64,000 nt of DNA from an uncultured euryarchaeote (GTDB lineage: Archaea > Thermoplasmatota > Poseidoniia > Poseidoniales > Poseidoniaceae): NCBI GenBank assembly GCA_937892945.1, contig CALBIL010000038.1:66102-130101 (forward strand), read 5' to 3'. Both the position numbers and the translations under genes were made by a program. Under the pieces are notes generated by a model. It was given only the letters and a program-made list of their open reading frames with translations, was not told where the DNA came from and did not search any database. How positions within the stretch are numbered: position 1 is the stretch's first letter; every line of letters starts with the position of its first letter. Positions 23,926 through 33,614 of the stretch are shown in pieces.

Positions 23926-24666
23926 ATGGATTACGACAGCATGACTGTTTTACAACTGAAAAACTTATGCAAGGATCGTGGGATACGAATCTCCGGTAAC
24001 AAAGCAGAAGTTGTCATCCGATTGATGGAAGATGATGAATCCTCAGTCCCACAACAACAACTTCAAGTCCCTCAACAGTCATTTCCACAGCATGTCCAAG
24101 GTGGTTATGCGCCTGCACAAACAATCTATGTCAAGAAGGAAGATGAACTCGCATCTGGAATTGGGACATGTATCATAATTTATGCAATCTTTCGATTGTT
24201 TTGGGCTGTTATATTTTCAACAGGAGGAGGAGGGGCTGAGGCTTGGTTACTCTCTCCAGTAGCCTTCTTGTTAGGTGTCGGTTTTTTAATTGGAGGAGTT
24301 ATTACCTATTCTGGTTATCGAAATGGAGTATATATCACACTTGCTATCCTCGCAGTCTCGGGCCTATTTAGTGTAGCATTTCACGGAGACGAACCAAACC
24401 CTGTATCCATCGCATGGGGTGAGGAAATGATCATGACTTCACTCATGTGCTCATTTACTTGTATGATTATTGTAGCTTTGCCGTTAATGCTTTCGAAACT
24501 CAAAGGGGGATGGCCAATACCAATTGAAAATCTCTTGTACAGAAACCAGTCGACGGATGGTAAGAAAAATATTGAGTGCCAATCATGTAAGGCGGAATTA
24601 CGAGTCCCAAGTGACTACTCTGGACAAATTGAATGCCCGACCTGTAAATCTCAAATGAATGTTTAA
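23926..24666 (+). CDS. SAP-domain membrane protein with C-terminal zinc ribbon
   Basis: N-terminal TVLQLKNLCKDRGIRISGNKAEVVIRLME matches the SAP motif. Gln-rich linker, ~4 TM helices, C-terminal CQSC...CPTC. Confidence 0.6.
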   Translation: MDYDSMTVLQLKNLCKDRGIRISGNKAEVVIRLMEDDESSVPQQQLQVPQQSFPQHVQGGYAPAQTIYVKKEDELASGIGTCIIIYAIFRLFWAVIFSTGGGGAEAWLLSPVAFLLGVGFLIGGVITYSGYRNGVYITLAILAVSGLFSVAFHGDEPNPVSIAWGEEMIMTSLMCSFTCMIIVALPLMLSKLKGGWPIPIENLLYRNQSTDGKKNIECQSCKAELRVPSDYSGQIECPTCKSQMNV

Positions 24667-24667
24667 G

Positions 24668-24979
24668 TCAATCTTCTTGCGCAGGTGATTGTCCATCATC
24701 CATTCCAACGATTTCATAGTTTGAGGGAAACAAAGCAATGACGACGCCCAAAATCAAGGAAGCAAGACCCCAACCGAACATCTGCCGAACGAAAAGCATC
24801 TCAAGGGCAATGACGACCAAAATCATACCACCTATGTTCGAAGTCCAAACCAGCGTTTTGAATGTTGAGAGAGAAACGCCAGGCGTTCCTTCTTTGCGAT
24901 ATGGGCCAAATTCACCACCAAACCGTTGGGCTGTATCTTGTTTATCTTTCTTTGACATCGTGTTCACCTCATCGATCAA
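24668..24979 (-). CDS. Small membrane protein (2 TM), hypothetical
   Basis: 103 aa. Start overlaps the stop of the upstream ferredoxin gene. Confidence 0.4.
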   Translation of the reverse strand: MIDEVNTMSKKDKQDTAQRFGGEFGPYRKEGTPGVSLSTFKTLVWTSNIGGMILVVIALEMLFVRQMFGWGLASLILGVVIALFPSNYEIVGMDDGQSPAQED

Positions 24980-25301
24980 TCATTGTGATGGCATCGGTTG
25001 GGCATGCTAAGACACACAACCGGCAACCTGTGCAATCTGCACGTAGAATCTTGGCTTTTTGATTTGACTCTACATGAATCAAAGGACTCACCATATCGAC
25101 CTTATACATCTCAATGGCATCATCGTCACAAACAATGGTACATTGGTCACAACCAATGCAGAGACGTTCTTCAACAAAAGCAACGGCAGTCTCACCACCT
25201 TTGAGGGATGCACGTTGTTCACCTCGAAGTCTGTTGAGTGAAGTACGAATGCGTATAGCCTCCTGTTCTCGACGCTTTCGCAACTCGTCGGAGGAGGTCA
25301 T
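24969..25301 (-). CDS. 2x[4Fe-4S] ferredoxin
   Basis: CIGCDQCTIVCDDDAI and CTGCRLCVLACPTDAI. Confidence 0.7.
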   Translation of the reverse strand: MTSSDELRKRREQEAIRIRTSLNRLRGEQRASLKGGETAVAFVEERLCIGCDQCTIVCDDDAIEMYKVDMVSPLIHVESNQKAKILRADCTGCRLCVLACPTDAITMIDR

Positions 25302-26002
25302 ACAGTCACCTCCACCGGGTCCTTCCCTTCAAACTTGACGACAGCCATGTTCACCAAAAGGTCGCCAAGACAATAGAAAGAACCCACCAACAGTGGAGGA
25401 TTCCAAGCGGTTAAGCCCGTCCAAGGAACCTGATTTGCCCATGTCCAGTTACCGAGTGAAGTTCCCCAGATTTCCATAGCCAATGCAGCCCAAGCCATTG
25501 CTGAGTACAATCGTGGTTGAGGACCCCACTTTGTGAAGATTAAAACAAGAGCCAAAAGGAAAACTGCTGAAGTGTCGCCACCAGTCCACGCACCATAGGC
25601 AACCAACGGAACAAAAGGTGCCAGCAAGGGTAACGCCCAAGTTTCTTTCATCGTGTCTGCGGCCATTCGCCCAAGGTCAAACAGGAAATAGTGACCTGCA
25701 GGAACAAACAATGGCATGAGACCGCGTTGATATTCATAGATCAGCCAGATTTCGCTAAAGAACAATTCCATTGGTGTTGCAATTGCAATCACTGTAATCA
25801 TTTCAATACGCTGCTTACGGCTTCCACCTCGATAAAACCAAGCGAAAAGGCCCCAGCACCAGAGATTGACGGGTAATTCTGCATATTCGTCTCCAACCAG
25901 GCCGTTACAAGCTGTTGCGGAAAACCAGAGCCCTAGAGCAATGGTGCCAATGTAGACCCACGCTCTGTTCATGTTCATACGAGGAGGTCCACCACTTAGC
26001 AA
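25298..26002 (-). CDS. Integral membrane protein, Trp/aromatic-rich, unknown function
   Basis: 234 aa, ~7 hydrophobic helices. 4-nt overlap with the ferredoxin gene. Confidence 0.45.
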   Translation of the reverse strand: MLSGGPPRMNMNRAWVYIGTIALGLWFSATACNGLVGDEYAELPVNLWCWGLFAWFYRGGSRKQRIEMITVIAIATPMELFFSEIWLIYEYQRGLMPLFVPAGHYFLFDLGRMAADTMKETWALPLLAPFVPLVAYGAWTGGDTSAVFLLALVLIFTKWGPQPRLYSAMAWAALAMEIWGTSLGNWTWANQVPWTGLTAWNPPLLVGSFYCLGDLLVNMAVVKFEGKDPVEVTV

Positions 26003-26011
26003 GAACGGATG

Positions 26012-27229
26012 TTATTGATGCCCGTAGGAAAGTAATTCCTTACCCATTGCTAACATGGAAAGTTCTGCAACTAAGGCATGCCAACCGTGTGCATGTTCAC
26101 CGTATTGACCACCTGATTGTGAAAAAGATTCAAATTGGGCACTCGGAGAATTCAAATTATCAATATCCGATTTCTTAGAATTTATTCTATAGAACCATGA
26201 AGCAGCCTGGCCGTCAACTAAATAGACGACAGGTTCGACAGGAGCGCCTTCATCGTTTTCCAAAATGGTCGGAATTCCTTCTTGTATCAGGAAGTTTTCG
26301 ACATCAACACCGCCTTTCGAGTACATCAATCGATTCATTTTACGGTTTGAGAGTTGTAATAATTCGCTTCCGCTGCGAACAGTCATGATTCCGAGACCGT
26401 ATGTGCCTCTATCGTTTTTGATGAAAACGACAGGTTCCCGATCAACGCCGTGTTCCAAGTACTTTTGACGCAGTTGTTCCAAAAAGGAGTCAACTTCAGC
26501 AGCCAGTTCAATTCTACAGGCTTCTTTCTCTAAGCATTTATTTTTCGAGACAAACCATTCAGCCATGAAGTGCCAAGGGTCGATATCGAGCATCTGAGCG
26601 ATTTCTTCTACATATTCACGAAGAACCTCATAATGCTGAGATTTCCTTCGACGGTGCCAGCCCATTGAAGGAGGCGGAGATACAATTTGATTGCTAAGAC
26701 CTGCAACAATACCTTCAGTCAAATCATTATTCAGGAGAATCAAGTCTGGCGCTTTTCCATCGATTAACAGAATTTCTTTTCCATCTTTCTGCGATGATTT
26801 GACTTGGTCGAGTTTCAAAGCACCTGAAAGACCAATCAGGTGGCCCAATTCTACGAAATCCACGGAACCAACAGTGCATCGAAATCCTGCGATTTCCAGT
26901 AATTCTTTCAATGCGATGAGATTTTCAACATATCCTTTGTTCCGAGTATGTGATTCAGGGTAAAGATGGACCCATTCGCAGTCTGTGTATTCACGCAGAA
27001 TATGAGTTTTGAGAAGTGCGCCAATGGACGGTTTATCTTCTGATGAAACATTGTTGAAACCTGCAGGAAAGTGATTTGCATCTACGACACTGATTTTCCA
27101 ACCAGCATCCCGAATGTCAACACTACCATAGATTGGAATCGGCACTTCACTTCTTTTTTGAGTCATCCATGCAGTGAGTTCTGCACGCTTGCTTTCAAGC
27201 ACAGGTGCTAAATTATGAACAAATGTCAA
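26012..27229 (-). CDS. Putative ATP-grasp-type carboxylate-amine ligase (GSP-synthetase/GshA-like; family uncertain)
   Basis: 405 aa. VVFIKNDRGTYGLGIMTV resembles the ATP-grasp K..G..G.GI nucleotide-binding motif. Translationally coupled to asnB (4-nt overlap). Confidence 0.4.
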   Translation of the reverse strand: MTFVHNLAPVLESKRAELTAWMTQKRSEVPIPIYGSVDIRDAGWKISVVDANHFPAGFNNVSSEDKPSIGALLKTHILREYTDCEWVHLYPESHTRNKGYVENLIALKELLEIAGFRCTVGSVDFVELGHLIGLSGALKLDQVKSSQKDGKEILLIDGKAPDLILLNNDLTEGIVAGLSNQIVSPPPSMGWHRRRKSQHYEVLREYVEEIAQMLDIDPWHFMAEWFVSKNKCLEKEACRIELAAEVDSFLEQLRQKYLEHGVDREPVVFIKNDRGTYGLGIMTVRSGSELLQLSNRKMNRLMYSKGGVDVENFLIQEGIPTILENDEGAPVEPVVYLVDGQAASWFYRINSKKSDIDNLNSPSAQFESFSQSGGQYGEHAHGWHALVAELSMLAMGKELLSYGHQ

Positions 27230-29010
27230 CCAATCACCTCGTTGAGTAAATCCATCGTCGAACCCGTAGGTTTTTTCGTCCCTCTATCCAAAATGTGAAC
27301 TGCCTCAAACAATCCTAAACCCAGGGCTATATCAGGCTGTGTCTTTAAGGCCCCAAAAAGTAAGGGATAACGATGAAGAAGAGCATCGGTTTGAGGCTTA
27401 TACTCTGCAAGAAGATTATCGATTAAAGTTGGCGATGTTGCCCGACCTGCAGGTAATTTAGGGCGGCGAACGATATGCTTTGGCAACGAAGTAAGCGATG
27501 CCGCTGCACGTAAGGCGATTTTTTCATCACCGTTGGCAGGAAGTCGCCATTGCATCGGTAATTTGTGACTTGCTTGGCGATGCGACTTGGAAAGGAATGG
27601 AACTCTAACTTCCAATGAGTGAGCCATTGAATGGCGATCAACTAATCGTAATTGGAAATTTGAAAGTTGTCCGTGGTCCAATTCGAATTGAAGGAATTCT
27701 TCCAGTGAACCAGTATGGCTACTGCCAGCATGACCCTTCGCATACCAGTGTTCACCAACAGGTAATGTTTCATTCTCAATTTGACGTGCAAAAGGATGTG
27801 CCATCGATGCCAAACGAGCATCGATCACCTCACCGTGACTCTTGAGGTCGCGATAGCGTGGATAACCAGCGTGTAACTCATCTGCCCCTTGCCCACACAA
27901 TCCAACCGTCACATGCTGTGACATCTTTTGGAAGAGTGGTTGAAAAAAGAGGACTGTGACGTCAAGGTCTTCACCATGCCAGGATAAATCCGGAAGAAGT
28001 GTATCAAATGAATCGGGTTCGAGAATATGTTGATGATGAGCCAAATCAAACGATGAAGCAACTTCTTCCGCAGCAATCCAATCCGGATTTTCCTCACTTT
28101 CAGCGACCGTCCAACATGCCGGAACTGGTTGATGCGCACGTTCTGCTGCCTCATGTGCAACTGCAGCTACCAATGAGGAATCAAGTCCGCCGGAAAGAAC
28201 AATTCCTACAGGTACCTCTGACATGAGACGTTCCGAAACACCTTCGACAAATGTTTCCAGAAGAGATTCTGCATCAGTTTTGGGGTTCCAAGAACTTGAT
28301 GGGTTGACATGTTGCTGTTCGATGGTGGCACGGTCAAACAGTTTGGCTTTACCTTCAAGGTCTAATGCCCAAACTTCAACAGTACCTGGTCGAATCTGAG
28401 TGACATCTTTCAGTAACGTCGTACCATCAAGCGGGTATTCCCATGCAAGACGAGCAACAAGTGCTTCCTCGTCGAGTGCAGGTACATGGCCTTCATGTGC
28501 TCGTAATGCTTTACTTTCACTGGCAAAAAGAAGTGAACCGTCAACGGATGTCCGAACAAGTGGCTTAATTCCAAGCGGGTCACGCGCCAAAAGTAAATGA
28601 CGAGATTCAGAATCCCAAAGAGCAAATGCATACATCCCATTCAATTGCGAGATCCATTGTGCGTGTTGTCGAGCAGTTAACACGCCGGAATGCTTCGATT
28701 TCGAGGCATCAAGAAGTGCCAATATAGATTCAGAGTCACCCTGTGTTTTCCAAGAAAAAGAGGGGTGCTGAGAACGGATTTCCCGATAATTATAGATCTC
28801 TCCATTTGCTACAAGAACTTCACGTTCTGAGCCAAACAGAGGTTGGTCACTTCCAGACAAGTCAACAATAGCTAATCGAGTATGGCCAAGTGAGATATGG
28901 TCATCAGACCAGACATCATTTCCATCCGGCCCTCGATGATGAAGAAGTGAATTCATTCTTTGAACAACGGCAGGGTCCGGCTCTCCGAACATCCCACCTA
29001 TGCCACACAT
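27226..29010 (-). CDS. asnB: Asparagine synthetase (glutamine-hydrolysing)
   Basis: MCGIGGMFG places the class II amidotransferase Cys at position 2; this requires the ATG at 29010, not the track's 29043. PP-loop SGGLDSS. 594 aa. Confidence 0.85.
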   Translation of the reverse strand: MCGIGGMFGEPDPAVVQRMNSLLHHRGPDGNDVWSDDHISLGHTRLAIVDLSGSDQPLFGSEREVLVANGEIYNYREIRSQHPSFSWKTQGDSESILALLDASKSKHSGVLTARQHAQWISQLNGMYAFALWDSESRHLLLARDPLGIKPLVRTSVDGSLLFASESKALRAHEGHVPALDEEALVARLAWEYPLDGTTLLKDVTQIRPGTVEVWALDLEGKAKLFDRATIEQQHVNPSSSWNPKTDAESLLETFVEGVSERLMSEVPVGIVLSGGLDSSLVAAVAHEAAERAHQPVPACWTVAESEENPDWIAAEEVASSFDLAHHQHILEPDSFDTLLPDLSWHGEDLDVTVLFFQPLFQKMSQHVTVGLCGQGADELHAGYPRYRDLKSHGEVIDARLASMAHPFARQIENETLPVGEHWYAKGHAGSSHTGSLEEFLQFELDHGQLSNFQLRLVDRHSMAHSLEVRVPFLSKSHRQASHKLPMQWRLPANGDEKIALRAAASLTSLPKHIVRRPKLPAGRATSPTLIDNLLAEYKPQTDALLHRYPLLFGALKTQPDIALGLGLFEAVHILDRGTKKPTGSTMDLLNEVIG

Positions 29011-29053
29011 AAGGCAACCAAAACGACGACCTTTTTCAAGCATCCCTTAGAAA

Positions 29054-29170
29054 TCAAAGGCCCCAAAGCGGATACCGAACCATGGAGATTGCAAGGAAAA
29101 TGACACCGAGGGAAAACACGACAAAATAGGCGATTTGTGGTGGTGCTGAATCTTTGGTCTCTTCATTCAT
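29054..29170 (-). CDS. Candidate small membrane protein (38 aa) not in the ORF track
   Basis: ATG at 29170 gives MNEETKDSAPPQIAYFVVFSLGVIFLAISMVRYPLWGL, then TGA. Single hydrophobic helix. Sits in the ~200-nt gap upstream of asnB. Confidence 0.25.
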   Translation of the reverse strand: MNEETKDSAPPQIAYFVVFSLGVIFLAISMVRYPLWGL

Positions 29171-29241
29171 CTGTATCCCTCAACCTTGCCAGTGCTAACC
29201 ATCATTTGAACATATTGAGTCAACTTCTACACATCTTTTGA

Positions 29242-29877
29242 TTACATCAGTTGGAGAAAGGGCTCAAACAGTAAAATCATACCAAGTGGAATAAGGACCA
29301 TGGTTGCGTTATCATCGATGTAGCGTAGACGAGGCCATTCAGAGGCTACACACAAAGGTGCAAACAAAAAGGCCAGCCAGAAGGGTGTTCCAAAAAAGTG
29401 CCAGCAAGCGACCCAAACAAAGAACAGGAAGACCACCGATGATACAATGACACTACGCGTATTCATTCCTCGGCGTCTCATTTCTCCAAGGAAAGGGTCA
29501 CCTAACGATAAAGAAAGAATAATTGGCCAAGCATAGGCTTCGACTGGAGCCAATAAAAAAACCAGACCGATTCCAAATGCGCCCCAACCGAGTGCAGAGA
29601 TTTGCCGGGCTTCATACTCTCGTTGACCATAGATCGTAATCCCAAAACGAAGACGAAGCCCTTCTAAAATAAACAATAAAAAAACCATCGTCGACATGAA
29701 TTGTGGCACTGTCAATCCAACAAGGTCCGAAAGGGATTCACCATATTCAAAAAATATCAAGGGAAGAAAGGACATACCGACATGGATTGAACGGCGGAAC
29801 ACATGTCCACCCATTCCACCAATTGATAATTCAACAGGGTTTGTTAATTCAACATGTTCACTCATTGTGTTCACCAC
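29242..29877 (-). CDS. Integral membrane protein (~6 TM), unknown function
   Basis: 211-aa hydrophobic ORF. Overlaps the 3' end of meaB by 20 nt. Confidence 0.45.
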   Translation of the reverse strand: MVNTMSEHVELTNPVELSIGGMGGHVFRRSIHVGMSFLPLIFFEYGESLSDLVGLTVPQFMSTMVFLLFILEGLRLRFGITIYGQREYEARQISALGWGAFGIGLVFLLAPVEAYAWPIILSLSLGDPFLGEMRRRGMNTRSVIVSSVVFLFFVWVACWHFFGTPFWLAFLFAPLCVASEWPRLRYIDDNATMVLIPLGMILLFEPFLQLM

Positions 29878-30769
29878 CTATAATTTGTAACGCTTCATCT
29901 AACAGAATTGAACCCTTCGCCAGTTTTTCGAGTAATTCCTCGAGTTGTGGAGATTCCAGTATTTTTCGTTCATGGTATGCCAAAAGACGTTCACGCCATC
30001 GAGCACGTATTGAACGACCCGATGAAGAAAGTGTGAGAAGCATTTCAGCAGCCTCTGTAATACCATTGCCATGTATGGCTGAAGTCAAAAGCACGGGAGG
30101 GGAATTACCCGCACCTAATTCAAACGATTCACGTATTTCATCAGCGTGAAGTTCCGCACCAGGTAAATCCGATTTGTTGACTAAAACTGCATCTGCTAAT
30201 TCGAGTAAGCCTGCTTTTTCAGCTTGAATGCCGTCACCTCGTGCTGGCCCTTCAACCACAACGATTCGGTCGGCTAATGCTGCGCATCTGACTTCAGATT
30301 GTCCTGCGCCAACCGTTTCAATAACGACTCTCTGCCAGCCTAAAGCGAGGAGTACTTTGGTCATGTCTTCTACGATGACTGGGACACTCCCAGATGCTTT
30401 ACGAGTGGCAACTGAACGCAAATAAATTAATTCATTCAACTCACGGTCATCAACGACCGTCATCCGTACTCTGTCACCGAGTAAAGCGCCACCCGTTCGA
30501 GGAGATGAAGGGTCGACGGCCAAGACTGCAACCCGGAGTCCTTTTTCAGCCCAGGAACGAAGCAATCCATCAAGAAGACATGATTTGCCAACTCCTGGAG
30601 CACCTGTAATGGCTAATGTTTGCCAATCATCGTTGGCAGCGTGAGGGACTAAACCAATCACATCGAGTACTTCTTCAATCTTGACTAAACCGTTTTCAAG
30701 ACAACTTAACGTTCGCGCAAGTGAACGACGGTCGCCAGATTTGGCTTGCTCAAGGAACTCGAATGTCAT
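29858..30769 (-). CDS. meaB: Methylmalonyl-CoA mutase-associated GTPase MeaB/ArgK
   Basis: P-loop GAPGVGKSCLL, AVDPSSPRTGGALLGDRVRM, NKSD. Confidence 0.85.
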   Translation of the reverse strand: MTFEFLEQAKSGDRRSLARTLSCLENGLVKIEEVLDVIGLVPHAANDDWQTLAITGAPGVGKSCLLDGLLRSWAEKGLRVAVLAVDPSSPRTGGALLGDRVRMTVVDDRELNELIYLRSVATRKASGSVPVIVEDMTKVLLALGWQRVVIETVGAGQSEVRCAALADRIVVVEGPARGDGIQAEKAGLLELADAVLVNKSDLPGAELHADEIRESFELGAGNSPPVLLTSAIHGNGITEAAEMLLTLSSSGRSIRARWRERLLAYHERKILESPQLEELLEKLAKGSILLDEALQIIGGEHNE

Positions 30770-30778
30770 CCCATCACC

Positions 30779-31240
30779 TCATGCCGATGAGGTCCAATAC
30801 CAATCGCTGTCTTGCCCAACGCCAGTATTTTCCAACTGTGTTGCTTGTTCTATAAATTCTAAAATCTCAGAAGTAGGTGTACCTGGGCCAAAGATTGCTC
30901 GTATTCCACAAGCGTACAAGGGTTCACGGTCGCCGAGAGGAATGATTCCTCCACCAAAAACGATTACATCGTTCAAGCCTTGCTGTTTCAATAATTCACA
31001 GACCTTTGGAAAAAGATGTTCATGCGCACCGGAAAGTGAAGAGAGACCGAGGAAGCGTGCGTCTTCGTCTCGAACTGTATCAACGATCTGCTGAGCAGAG
31101 CGACGTAAACCAGTGTAAATGACTTCATTCCCTGCATCGCGCAATGCTCTTGCGACCACTTTAGCACCCCGGTCATGCCCATCTAAGCCGGGCTTCGCAA
31201 CCACGATTCGCCACGGTTCGCTCATGGTTGTTGGAGGCAT
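30779..31240 (-). CDS. Methylmalonyl-CoA mutase small subunit (B12-binding domain). Start uncertain (Met at 31240 or 31225).
   Basis: RIVVAKPGLDGHDRGAKVVARALRDAGNEVIYTGLRRS is the cobalamin-binding DxHxxG motif. The track ORF start at 31342 adds a non-homologous 35-40 aa. Confidence 0.75.
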   Translation of the reverse strand: MPPTTMSEPWRIVVAKPGLDGHDRGAKVVARALRDAGNEVIYTGLRRSAQQIVDTVRDEDARFLGLSSLSGAHEHLFPKVCELLKQQGLNDVIVFGGGIIPLGDREPLYACGIRAIFGPGTPTSEILEFIEQATQLENTGVGQDSDWYWTSSA

Positions 31241-31383
31241 CCCCTCCCTATCAACACACCCCTTGCGACTGGTAGAGGCAGGTGAAAAGCGCTTTTGAGG
31301 AACGGTCTTGAGAACGCTTTCTAGGACCTCAATCAAAGGCAACGCATAAGGGCGGGTTTTCCATAGACCCCTTTGGGAAGCCT

Positions 31384-32937
31384 ATGACATCATCAGATGA
31401 AAGACTCCAAGATTTGCGAAATCGTAAATCTCGCAGCGAAATGGGCGGAGGCCAAGACCGAATCGATCGACAACATAGCAAGGGTAAAATGACGGCCCGT
31501 GAACGCATAGAGGTCTTACTCGACGAGGGTACATTCCAAGAGATTGATGCATTGGTTGAGCATCGTTGCCGAGATTTCGGCATGGACAAGGACATCATCC
31601 CTGGCGATGGTGTTGTTACTGGCCACGGCTCAATCAATGGACGTCAAGTGTTTACCTTCGCTCAAGACTTCACCGCTTACGGCGGATCTCTCGGTGAGAT
31701 GCACGGACTCAAAATATGCAAAGTCCTCGACATGGCACTCAAAACAGGACGCCCAGTCATCGGTTTAAACGACTCAGGAGGCGCTCGAATTCAGGAAGGA
31801 GTTGCCTCGCTAGGAAGTTATGCAGAAATCTTCTTTCGAAACGTTCGTGCTTCGGGTGTTGTACCTCAAATATCAGTCATTATGGGCCCATGCGCAGGTG
31901 GCGCAGTCTATTCTCCAGCCATCACAGATTTTGTCATCATGGTTGAAGAATCTTCATACATGTTCATCACAGGCCCAGAAGTTATCAAAACAGTAACGAA
32001 TGAAGAAGTCAACTTCGAAGATTTGGGCGGGGCATCAACACACGGCAGTAAATCAGGAGTCTCTCACTTCTCGGCAGCAGATGACGAAGCAGCAATTCAG
32101 TTGGCACGTGATTTATGCGATTTACTTCCACAAAATAATCTCGAGCGACCACCGGATAAGAAAACAAGTGATCCAATCGACCGTTCTTGCGAGATGCTCG
32201 ACTCCATCATGCCAGACCAAGCGACCAAAGCATACGATGTTCTTGATGTCATTTCAGAAGTACTCGACGATGGTGCTTTTCTGGAAGTTCAAGCGGACTG
32301 GGCGCAAAATATTGTCATTGGCTTTGGCCATCTTGGCAGTCATACAGTTGGCGTAGTTGCCAATCAACCCAAGTTTTTAGCAGGATGTTTGGACATCGAT
32401 GCAAGCGACAAGGCAGCTCGTTTTGTCCGTTTCTGTGATGCGTTTAACATTCCGATCATTACACTTGAAGATGTACCGGGATTCCTACCGGGTACAAGTC
32501 AAGAATGGGGAGGCATTATTCGACATGGAGCTAAACTACTCTATGCATATGCTGAAGCAACAGTTCCTAAACTTACAGTTATTCTTCGGAAAGCCTACGG
32601 TGGAGCATACGACGTCATGTCATCGAAACACATCCGTGGAGACTACAACGTCGCTTGGCCAACCGGTGAGATTGCTGTGATGGGTGCAGACGGAGCAGTC
32701 GAAATCATTCATAGAAAGCGTATTTCAAACTCACGAAATCCTGAACAGGAGCGCCAAAGACTCACTGAGGATTTTAATGAGAAGTTTGCAAATCCATATA
32801 CTGCTGCAGCATTAGGATATTTGGACGATGTCATCGAACCAAACCAGACTCGAAGTAAACTCTGCCGTGCACTTGAGATGCTCTTGGATAAAGAAGAATT
32901 ACGTCCTGCTCGGAAGCATGGAAATATCCCACTTTGA
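31384..32937 (+). CDS. pccB: Propionyl-CoA carboxylase beta chain / methylmalonyl-CoA carboxyltransferase
   Basis: 517 aa. Carboxyltransferase motifs across both domains ([37 protein letters not shown]). Confidence 0.9.
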   Translation: MTSSDERLQDLRNRKSRSEMGGGQDRIDRQHSKGKMTARERIEVLLDEGTFQEIDALVEHRCRDFGMDKDIIPGDGVVTGHGSINGRQVFTFAQDFTAYGGSLGEMHGLKICKVLDMALKTGRPVIGLNDSGGARIQEGVASLGSYAEIFFRNVRASGVVPQISVIMGPCAGGAVYSPAITDFVIMVEESSYMFITGPEVIKTVTNEEVNFEDLGGASTHGSKSGVSHFSAADDEAAIQLARDLCDLLPQNNLERPPDKKTSDPIDRSCEMLDSIMPDQATKAYDVLDVISEVLDDGAFLEVQADWAQNIVIGFGHLGSHTVGVVANQPKFLAGCLDIDASDKAARFVRFCDAFNIPIITLEDVPGFLPGTSQEWGGIIRHGAKLLYAYAEATVPKLTVILRKAYGGAYDVMSSKHIRGDYNVAWPTGEIAVMGADGAVEIIHRKRISNSRNPEQERQRLTEDFNEKFANPYTAAALGYLDDVIEPNQTRSKLCRALEMLLDKEELRPARKHGNIPL

Positions 32938-32940
32938 GGA

Positions 32941-33141
32941 ATGCATATGTCAAACCATGATGAAGAAACTCTCCGAATGGCTGCTATTGCTGCAGTCTAT
33001 TCCCTACTCTCTCAAAGCGGAGACGACCCCGGTCAAGTTGCTCGTAAACCCGGTCTAGCATGGTCTCAAGACCATCGGAGAATGAATATGGGGCTCTCCT
33101 CATTAATGCTTAAACGAGCAAGCCGCTCACCTTGGAAGTGA
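32941..33141 (+). CDS. Small hypothetical protein between pccB and the BCCP gene
   Basis: 66-aa ORF, 3 nt after the pccB stop. No recognisable motif. Confidence 0.25.
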   Translation: MHMSNHDEETLRMAAIAAVYSLLSQSGDDPGQVARKPGLAWSQDHRRMNMGLSSLMLKRASRSPWK

Positions 33142-33145
33142 ACTT

Positions 33146-33547
33146 ATGACTGAAACACGAAAAGTGATCGTTGATGGAGCCGAATTTGAAGTCTTGATTG
33201 AAGGTGAAGGAACTTCATGGTCGGCAACTGTTGAAGGAAAGACATTTCAAATCGAAATACCTGATGCAGCACCTGTTATGAAAAAGAAAAGAAACGCAAG
33301 CGGGAAAAAGAAAAAGTCTGGCACTGTTTCAGCCAACATCCCAGGGAAAGTCGTTACAGTCGAAGTCAATGTTGGCGACGAAGTTGTTGAAGGACAAGTA
33401 ATTCTCATTCTCGAAGCCATGAAAATGCAGAATGAAATCCAAGCGCCTGTATCTGGAACCGTCATCTCTGTAAATTGTGAAGAAGGGCAGGCAATTGAGG
33501 CAAATATTCCGTTGGTTGTAATTGAACCGGTTCCAGAAGTTGAATAA
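33146..33547 (+). CDS. Biotin carboxyl carrier protein (biotinyl domain)
   Basis: EAMKMQNEI biotin-attachment motif. 133 aa. Confidence 0.85.
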   Translation: MTETRKVIVDGAEFEVLIEGEGTSWSATVEGKTFQIEIPDAAPVMKKKRNASGKKKKSGTVSANIPGKVVTVEVNVGDEVVEGQVILILEAMKMQNEIQAPVSGTVISVNCEEGQAIEANIPLVVIEPVPEVE

Positions 33548-33614
33548 CACTCAAAATATCTCTTGAATACATCTTAGGCTCTATACGACCATTAAATACC
33601 TGTAAGCCTCTAAG

